DNA of 61,188 bases from Patescibacteria group bacterium (lineage in GTDB: Bacteria; Patescibacteriota; Minisyncoccia; Phycocordibacterales; SBAW01), in contig JACOWS010000006.1 of NCBI GenBank assembly GCA_016176685.1, forward strand, positions 1-61,188, given 5' to 3'. The position numbers and the translations under genes were made by a program. A model generated the notes under the pieces. The model had not been told where the DNA came from. It did no database searches and worked only from the letters and a program-made list of their open reading frames with translations. Every line of letters starts with the position of its first letter. The first letter of the stretch is position 1. Shown here piece by piece: positions 55,475 through 61,188 of the stretch.

Positions 55475-56809
55475 CTAGAGCGTCGGCGGATATAGGTTGC
55501 CTTCTGTGTACGAGCTGTTAGAAAGTAGGCGGCGATTTGCCTTTATTTTCCTGTAAAGTGTAATTAAGTCCTTTGCTATCTGGGCGCTAGTAAATTGAGT
55601 TGCAGTCTCTTTTGCTTTTAATGCCATGGTCAGGCGTAGCTCCTGGTTTCTAAGCAGCTCGCTCGCTCTGTCTACGGCCTGCTCTAAGGAAGTAACTATA
55701 AAACCGTTCACTCCGTCTTGTATAACTTCTTCAACCACACCGACCGGGTACGCCACCGGCACCAGCCCCTGCGACATACCCTCGATAAGACTCAGAGAAA
55801 AACCTTCGTAGCGCGACGGGAGAAACAGGATACCGCCATACAGGGGTGCCAAAGCGCCGGGGATGAGGTCTTTGCGCAAGTTGACATACATAGAGTGGAG
55901 CGGAAATGATACCTTAAGCCACTCTTTGAGCTTGCGGTTAGCGGTCATGCAGATAGTGGTTTTATGCACCTCGGGAAACGCGCGGTAAAACTCCACTAGA
56001 TGGTCTACTCCTTTGAGTTTGAGCGTAAAAATGTCACCACCCAATCGCCCCAAAAAAACAAGGTGCGGCGGTCGAGGAGTGTTGGGTATCTGTGCCGGAG
56101 TTTGGGTAAACCAATAATTTTCAATGGCATTGTGGATTATGTACACGCGCTCCGGTGCAACACCGGCTTTGACAAGTTCTACCTGCACTTTTTTTGACGT
56201 GGCGATGCAAGCATCCACGCGTGTGGCCACTATCTCTTCCATATCGGCGGTGTCGGTAAGAGGCCTAAATGTTTTAAAATCCAGTTCTGGTACAATGTCC
56301 AACTTATACAATTCCTTATAAAACTTTTTTGCTTTAGCGGGCAGTTTTGTAGTCATAGGCACCGAGTGTAAAAAGCCGCGGGCGGTCGAGCCAAAGTGGC
56401 TCACCGTCAACACATTGGGAAATGTGAGGAATGGGAGCGTGGTGTAAGTGGTTCCTTGAACGATGTCGTTTTTTAGTATCTCCTCTTTACGGTCAAGCAG
56501 TGAGTGAAAAAATAGGATGTTTGCAATGCCGCGCAAGTGCGCGGGCGTGTCGGTAAGCCGCACCCTGGGGTAGAAGTTGTGTATCTTTACTCCTTCTGCG
56601 GCGAGCGCCTCGGTCATCAGTTGGTTGATGTGGTGCGCGCCGGTGCTCAACTTGCGCTCGCCGTGGACAAACGCAACCTTTAGCCCGCTACCGAGGCCTT
56701 GTCTCGGGACTCTTTGCTTCTTGTCCTCCCTGGGTTTTAAAAGCCGTATAAGAGAGCGCGTGGCGCTATAGGCGCGGCGCTGCAACCCTGAGTTTTTTTT
56801 ATTTTCCAT
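55475..56809 (-). CDS. glycosyltransferase family 4 (GT-B)
   Basis: IIHNAI; LPSRYEGFSLSLIEGMSQG; VIQDGVNGFIV. Confidence 0.88.
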   Translation of the reverse strand: MENKKNSGLQRRAYSATRSLIRLLKPREDKKQRVPRQGLGSGLKVAFVHGERKLSTGAHHINQLMTEALAAEGVKIHNFYPRVRLTDTPAHLRGIANILFFHSLLDRKEEILKNDIVQGTTYTTLPFLTFPNVLTVSHFGSTARGFLHSVPMTTKLPAKAKKFYKELYKLDIVPELDFKTFRPLTDTADMEEIVATRVDACIATSKKVQVELVKAGVAPERVYIIHNAIENYWFTQTPAQIPNTPRPPHLVFLGRLGGDIFTLKLKGVDHLVEFYRAFPEVHKTTICMTANRKLKEWLKVSFPLHSMYVNLRKDLIPGALAPLYGGILFLPSRYEGFSLSLIEGMSQGLVPVAYPVGVVEEVIQDGVNGFIVTSLEQAVDRASELLRNQELRLTMALKAKETATQFTSAQIAKDLITLYRKIKANRRLLSNSSYTEGNLYPPTL

Positions 56810-56834
56810 TTTTCTTCAGCGGTTGCAGAATGCA

Positions 56835-57254
56835 CTAAAAAAGCTCTTTAGTCAAGTTTTTCGACTCCTTCGGAGTCCCTTTGAGCTCGTGCATGTCCTC
56901 TTCCATGTGGTCTATCTTTGCGAGTATTTGCTCGGCGGTCGACTTCCCCGCCTCGATTATTTCCTTCTCGCTCTTTTCCGCTATTTTTTTGTCGCGCTTA
57001 ATGCCGGAGAGGATTATAGTATCGCCGATAAAAAACGACACCATGAGCCCGGTCGCAAGCAAAATGAGTATCCCAAGAATGATAGAGGTCGGACCCCATA
57101 GCACCGGGTAAAACTCGGCTGTTTCCCACACACCCTTCCACACCAGGACAATACCCACCGCCCCAACAAGCGCGTACAAAATCGGGTAGTGGCTCAACTT
57201 TCCCCGCACCACGTCTTCAAACTTGTCGAAAAATCGTACAATCTTTTTAAACAT
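56835..57254 (-). CDS. membrane protein, two TM plus coiled-coil tail
   Basis: 139 aa; its 5' end is duplicated at 57984-58036. Confidence 0.75.
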   Translation of the reverse strand: MFKKIVRFFDKFEDVVRGKLSHYPILYALVGAVGIVLVWKGVWETAEFYPVLWGPTSIILGILILLATGLMVSFFIGDTIILSGIKRDKKIAEKSEKEIIEAGKSTAEQILAKIDHMEEDMHELKGTPKESKNLTKELF

Positions 57255-57330
57255 ACCCTCTTATTGTAGCAAATCCCTCTACAGACCACACTAATTGCAA
57301 AGCAATGCCACAAGTGTACAATACCCGTCA

Positions 57331-57858
57331 ATGAAAGGTAAAAATGTAGAAGAACGTCTTAAAGATTACGCCGATATACGCTCAAAGGCACTAAAAATTT
57401 ATAATACTTTTGGGAAAGTTAACTGTCCCGCCCTCGGTGGTTATGTCCACTTCACTTCAGAAGGGTTCAACCATCTAGTTTACGGAAGGGCTAAAAAAGA
57501 ACGGGATAAGAGGGCACAAATCGCTAGGTTTGATATGCTAGAGAAAGCAAAGTTCATTCTTGAAGAATCAACTACTTTTCAAGAATACGACGAAGCTATT
57601 GAGTATGTGAGGGTAAACCGACATGGCAAGTATGTTGGTATGAATGCCATAGTACGGTGTTGGGGGTTTGTCGCTATCGTAAGAAAATTTCGTCTAAAAG
57701 TGGTCGTGGTACAGGTTGGTAATGGAAAAATGGAATTTCAGAGCGTTAGACCTGCTTGGTTTATAAAACAATACAGAGACATAAAATTGGTGCAGACCTC
57801 AACAGGAGCAGGTCTTTTAGGTGACGATGATGATGAGGTACTAAAAAACACCACATAA
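57331..57858 (+). CDS. putative BECR-fold (LPD3/PBECR-like) ribonuclease
   Basis: VNCPALGGYVHFTSEGFNHL...R...STTFQEY...WGFVAIV...KVVV...GNG...F.SV.P; a spot count gave 33% GC. The family call is from pattern recall only. Confidence 0.6.
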   Translation: MKGKNVEERLKDYADIRSKALKIYNTFGKVNCPALGGYVHFTSEGFNHLVYGRAKKERDKRAQIARFDMLEKAKFILEESTTFQEYDEAIEYVRVNRHGKYVGMNAIVRCWGFVAIVRKFRLKVVVVQVGNGKMEFQSVRPAWFIKQYRDIKLVQTSTGAGLLGDDDDEVLKNTT

Positions 57859-57929
57859 GGTGGCGTTCTTTAGTGTGTCTGTCTCCAGCGCTTCACTTGG
57901 CCAGATAGGGCTGACGCCCCGCAGACACA
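57843..57929 (-). ncRNA. candidate ~87-nt sRNA convergent with the nuclease gene
   Basis: Promoter TTGCTT-N17-TATAAT (57963-57935); closing stem UGUGUCUG/CAGACACA; terminator ACGCCAC/GUGGUGU + U6 overlapping the ORF stop. Confidence 0.6.
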
Positions 57930-57983
57930 ATCCTATTATACTCAATCAATGTGCGACAAGCAAGTTTTTCCACACTTAAAATA

Positions 57984-58048
57984 TGGCTCAACTTACCCCG
58001 CACCACGTCTTCAAACTTGTCGAAAAGCCGTACAATTATTGTAGCAAA
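57984..58048. repeat. duplicated 5' end and promoter of the 56835-57254 gene
   Basis: 57984-58036 matches 57190-57242 at 50/53; TTATTGTAGCAAA is repeated at 57261 and 58036; the start codon is deleted. Confidence 0.88.
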
Positions 58049-58133
58049 CTAAACTGGTGAGGATATTCTAACCCGTCCGCGAACTCACTTCGCACGCGCG
58101 GAGCGCGTGGTGGCTTGAGATTCTTTCGTGCGC

Positions 58134-58200
58134 TCCGATTCCGTGCCAGTGCGGCGGGGGGTGCCGCGCTGTCCTCGCTTTGATTTTTGAGTGGGCGGCT
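58134..58200. repeat. left inverted repeat flanking lysS
   Basis: Reverse complement of 59707-59753 plus 59784-59806. Confidence 0.9.
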
Positions 58201-58250
58201 TTCAAGAAAAGTGCTAAAATATAAATACAGAGGATACTTCTCCAAAATAT

Positions 58251-59702
58251 ATGTCCGACGATATCCGCGCAGAGCGCGTAAAAAAATTAGAAACCCTAAA
58301 GGCGCACGGGATTGACCCCTATCCCGCAGAATCTCACCGTACGCATGAGAACGGAGCCTTTTTGAAAAGTTTCGACTCTTTTTTGCATTCACACGAGCAG
58401 ATTACTCTTGCTGGACGAATAATGTCCTTGAGAGACCAGGGTGGAATTATTTTCGTCGATTTATTTGATGGTACTGCTCGTGTTCAAGCACTAATTAAAA
58501 AGGACGAAGTTGGCGAAGATAGTTTCGAGCTCTTTATGGAGGCAGTCGGAATAAGCGATTTTGTGGAAGTAGCTGGCAGTGCGTTTACGACAAAGCGAGG
58601 TATGAATTCTCTGCTCGGCAAATCGTGGCGAATGTTGTCAAAAAGTTTGCGCCAAGTGCCCGATGAATGGTTCGGTTTGAAAGATGAGGACGAACGATAC
58701 CGAAAACGGTATCTCGATATTCTCCTGAACCCAGAGGTTGCAGAAATCATAAAAAAGCGCTCCACTTTTTGGAATGCCATTCGAGCGTTCATGCTTGAAC
58801 GCGATTTCCTTGAAGTTGAGACTCCTGTGCTAGAAACTAAAACTGGAGGTGCTGAGGCGCGACCATTTACTACACACCATAAAGCACTTGATATGGAAAC
58901 ATATCTGCGCATTTCCACGGAGCTGTGGCATAAGAAATTGATGGTGGGTGGCGTGCCGAAAGTTTTTGAAATCGGGAGAGTTTTTAGAAACGAAGGAATG
59001 TCGTTTGAGCATGCACAAGATTATACGCACTTTGAGTTTTATGAGGCGTATCAAGACGCTCGAAAAGGCGTGCCAATGATTATTGAACTCTATCGCACTG
59101 TCGCGGAAAAAACTTTCGGCACGCTACAATTCAAAATCGGCGATTTTGACGTTGACCTTGGGAAAGAATGGGGGTCGTACGATTTTAACGACCTCATGCA
59201 AAAACAATATGGTTTCGACCCGCGCGCTGTGGATTTGCAAACAGTTCGCGCACGGCTAGATATCGAGAATATTTCTTATGAGCCAAACGCTGATATTGGG
59301 CGCGGAGTCGATCTTCTGTGGAAGAAAATCAGAAAAACTATTGGTGGTCCGGCGATTTTGACGGGTATACCCGTATATTTGGAACCGCTCGCAAAGAAGT
59401 CTGCTAAAGACGCTCGCGTTGTTGACCGTTTTCAAATTTTGATTGGTGGAAGCGAATTGGGTAAGGCGTTCAACGAACTCAATAACCCGCTTGACCAACG
59501 CGAGCGCTTTGAAAAACAGCAGTCGCTTCGAGACGCTGGCGATGACGAAGCGCAGATGGCAGATTTTGAGTACGTAGAGGCAATGGAGTATGGAATGCCG
59601 CCCATATTTGGTTTCGGCGTCTCGGAGCGTCTATTCAGTTTTTTGCTAGGCAAGAGTATACGAGAAGCTCAACTTTTCCCACTGATGCGTCCAAAAGTAT
59701 AA
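58251..59702 (+). CDS. lysS: lysine--tRNA ligase (class II)
   Basis: AGRIMSLR, RYRKRYLD, GGAEARPFTTHH, FRNEG and GMPPIFGFGVSERL. Confidence 0.96.
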   Translation: MSDDIRAERVKKLETLKAHGIDPYPAESHRTHENGAFLKSFDSFLHSHEQITLAGRIMSLRDQGGIIFVDLFDGTARVQALIKKDEVGEDSFELFMEAVGISDFVEVAGSAFTTKRGMNSLLGKSWRMLSKSLRQVPDEWFGLKDEDERYRKRYLDILLNPEVAEIIKKRSTFWNAIRAFMLERDFLEVETPVLETKTGGAEARPFTTHHKALDMETYLRISTELWHKKLMVGGVPKVFEIGRVFRNEGMSFEHAQDYTHFEFYEAYQDARKGVPMIIELYRTVAEKTFGTLQFKIGDFDVDLGKEWGSYDFNDLMQKQYGFDPRAVDLQTVRARLDIENISYEPNADIGRGVDLLWKKIRKTIGGPAILTGIPVYLEPLAKKSAKDARVVDRFQILIGGSELGKAFNELNNPLDQRERFEKQQSLRDAGDDEAQMADFEYVEAMEYGMPPIFGFGVSERLFSFLLGKSIREAQLFPLMRPKV

Positions 59703-59706
59703 TTGT

Positions 59707-59806
59707 AGCCGCCCACTCAAAAATCAAAGCGAGGACAGCGCGGCACCCCCGCCTTGCAGCGCTGTCCCGCACTGCGTTTCCGACGCCGCACTGGCACGGA
59801 ATCGGA
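59707..59806. repeat. right inverted repeat flanking lysS
   Basis: Starts 4 nt after the lysS stop; carries a 30-nt insert relative to the left copy. Confidence 0.9.
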
Positions 59807-59937
59807 CTCAAAACCAATAATCCAGTTCCTCCAAGAGCTAAGCACTGCAGCCTCCAGATTCGCAAGCCTCCAAAATAAGGCTTTTCTAGCTAACAATTAG
59901 ATGCAGGTAATACTCCTATAATGAATTCAAAACCCAA

Positions 59938-60660
59938 CTATAACAACTTCGCCAAATAGCGAATTGATTCTACAGATAGTCTGTGGCGAAAAAGTGATTC
60001 ATCAGTTTCTGCAATACCTGGATGGGCGCCTTTGTCCGAAAGCATGCCGTAAAGCGCGTAGAGAGAATCTTTCTCGTTCTGCGTAAGAATGCCCACAGAA
60101 ACGAGTGTTTTAAGTCTCCCATTGGTGCTATCTGATGTCGAAGACTGATGTCTATTGGCAGCAAACTCTATCAGATATTCAAAAGCCTTTCTCAGTTGCG
60201 AGGACATGTCGTCCCATTTTTTCTCCCCAAAGTGGGTTTGTGCCGCTGTTAAATGGTGCCTCAGCACTTCCAAAGAATCTTTACTCATACCTTTTGCTCC
60301 CAGTGTGTTTAGCAGCTCGTGAATCTCGGTTGGGAAACTATTACCACCATTAGTTATATAGAAAATACTTAGATCGTCATTGACTCCTAAATTGAAAGAT
60401 CGCAAATGTTCGTTGACTAAGGCGAGATTAGATTTTGCGGTGTAACGATGCTCGCTGAACAGTAGATTGAAGAACGAATATAACTTTTGTGGATTGCTCG
60501 AATATTTCCTTATAATGTAATTTATGGCTTCGGCTTTTGAAGATATCCATTCATCATTAGAGCCAACCAGGTACTCCTTGAACAACTTGCTCCAACCAAC
60601 ATTGGCTTTTACTTTCCCAAAAATACTTCCAAGCGCTATCGCGTCAGTTTCTGGGTTCAT
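59938..60660 (-). CDS. low-GC hypothetical protein, Abi-C/HEPN-like C-terminal helical domain (putative defence)
   Basis: QLRKAFEYLIE...LYGMLSDKGAHPG resembles Abi_C-type domains; spot count 33% GC; next to tRNA-Glu. Confidence 0.55.
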   Translation of the reverse strand: MNPETDAIALGSIFGKVKANVGWSKLFKEYLVGSNDEWISSKAEAINYIIRKYSSNPQKLYSFFNLLFSEHRYTAKSNLALVNEHLRSFNLGVNDDLSIFYITNGGNSFPTEIHELLNTLGAKGMSKDSLEVLRHHLTAAQTHFGEKKWDDMSSQLRKAFEYLIEFAANRHQSSTSDSTNGRLKTLVSVGILTQNEKDSLYALYGMLSDKGAHPGIAETDESLFRHRLSVESIRYLAKLL

Positions 60661-60806
60661 ATGTGTTTATCTTTAGGTTTAAAATTTCATTAAGGGGCTT
60701 GAAATCCTCTTGGAACCGAGAATCTGGAATCCACAATTTTAAACCCAGATTCTACTGTGGAGTAAAGCAGTATTCCAGTCCAAAAACTGGGTACTGAATC
60801 GTTATG

Positions 60807-60878
60807 TGACCCCACCGGGAATCGAACCCGGATTTAGAGCTTGAAAAGCTCTCGTCCTAACCGTTAGACGATAGGGCC
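60807..60878 (-). tRNA. trnE: tRNA-Glu(TTC)
   Basis: GGCCCTA acceptor; loop TTTTCAA; GGTTCGATTCC. Confidence 0.93.
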
Positions 60879-60988
60879 CTAAAACATTGTTGCACAATGT
60901 TCGGGCGAACAATCGCTACGCGATTGTTTTAGCCACCCACAAAACTATAGCCGAAAATTGAAAAAAGTGCTATTTTGTGGTGGTAAAA

Positions 60989-61075
60989 GGAGAGGTGGCT
61001 GAGTGGTCGAAGGCACCGCACTCGAAATGCGGCGTGGGGGAAACCTCACCGTGAGTTCGAATCTCACCCTCTCCG
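60989..61075 (+). tRNA. trnS: tRNA-Ser(CGA)
   Basis: GGAGAGG/CCTCTCC acceptor; loop CTCGAAA; long variable arm. Confidence 0.94.
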
Positions 61076-61128
61076 CAGATGTCCAAGTTCGAACCGAGGT
61101 AGAATAAGGGTTCTTGGACAAAAGTAAT

Positions 61129-61188
61129 ATGCAAAAACGAACATTAATCCAAATTAAGAAAGCCCTTCAAGAACTCTCGAAAAAAGGG
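61129..61188 (+). CDS. 5' end of an unidentified CDS (runs off window)
   Basis: ATG 61129 opens MQKRTLIQIKKALQELSKKG with no stop before the edge. Confidence 0.4.
   Translation, partial: MQKRTLIQIKKALQELSKKG

Noticed and set aside
59853-60728. 9-bp inverted repeats TCCAGATTC/GAATCTGGA around the Abi-like gene as transposon ends
   Set aside because: Too short to exceed chance, with no target duplication or transposase.

Overview
This is a 61 kb chromosomal segment of a reduced-genome bacterium, most likely Patescibacteria/CPR of the Parcubacteria type. That assignment is an inference from the short IF-2, VirB2/TrbC-like pilin arrays, HTH-LAGLIDADG-like and GIY-YIG genes beside tRNAs, and Gmad2 plus Cys-motif surface proteins. 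Translation uses code 11, since ATGA stop/start overlaps show TGA is a stop. The backbone is housekeeping (rlmB, msrAB, dnaX, dus, ftsQ, serS, dprA, RND pair, topA, rel, parB, miaA, rpmG, clpB, iscS, infB, rbfA, gyrA, rpsA, pth, lepB, rpsU, ybeY, ftsA, ftsZ, trxB, lysS) with 10 tRNA genes. I found no rRNA, CRISPR array or intact transposase/integrase. Most striking signals: (1) about a dozen palindromic or hairpin DNA elements inserted in frame in conserved genes (dus x2, topA, parB, miaA x3, iscS x2, clpB, an MBL-fold gene, a GIY-YIG gene), some sharing core sequence in different reading frames; (2) a low-GC BECR-like nuclease cassette with its own convergent ~87-nt sRNA, inserted between 53-bp direct repeats; (3) an orphan CtrA-like regulator lacking its phospho-Asp; (4) two unrelated nuclease ORFs whose stop codons lie inside the downstream tRNA; (5) an identical 15-bp motif at fixed spacing after two tRNA 3' ends, one bounding a decayed serine-recombinase island; (6) lysS bracketed by long inverted repeats; (7) a pilin fused to a lysozyme-like domain; (8) widespread leaderless-type promoter geometry. 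All family calls come from motif recognition without database searches.
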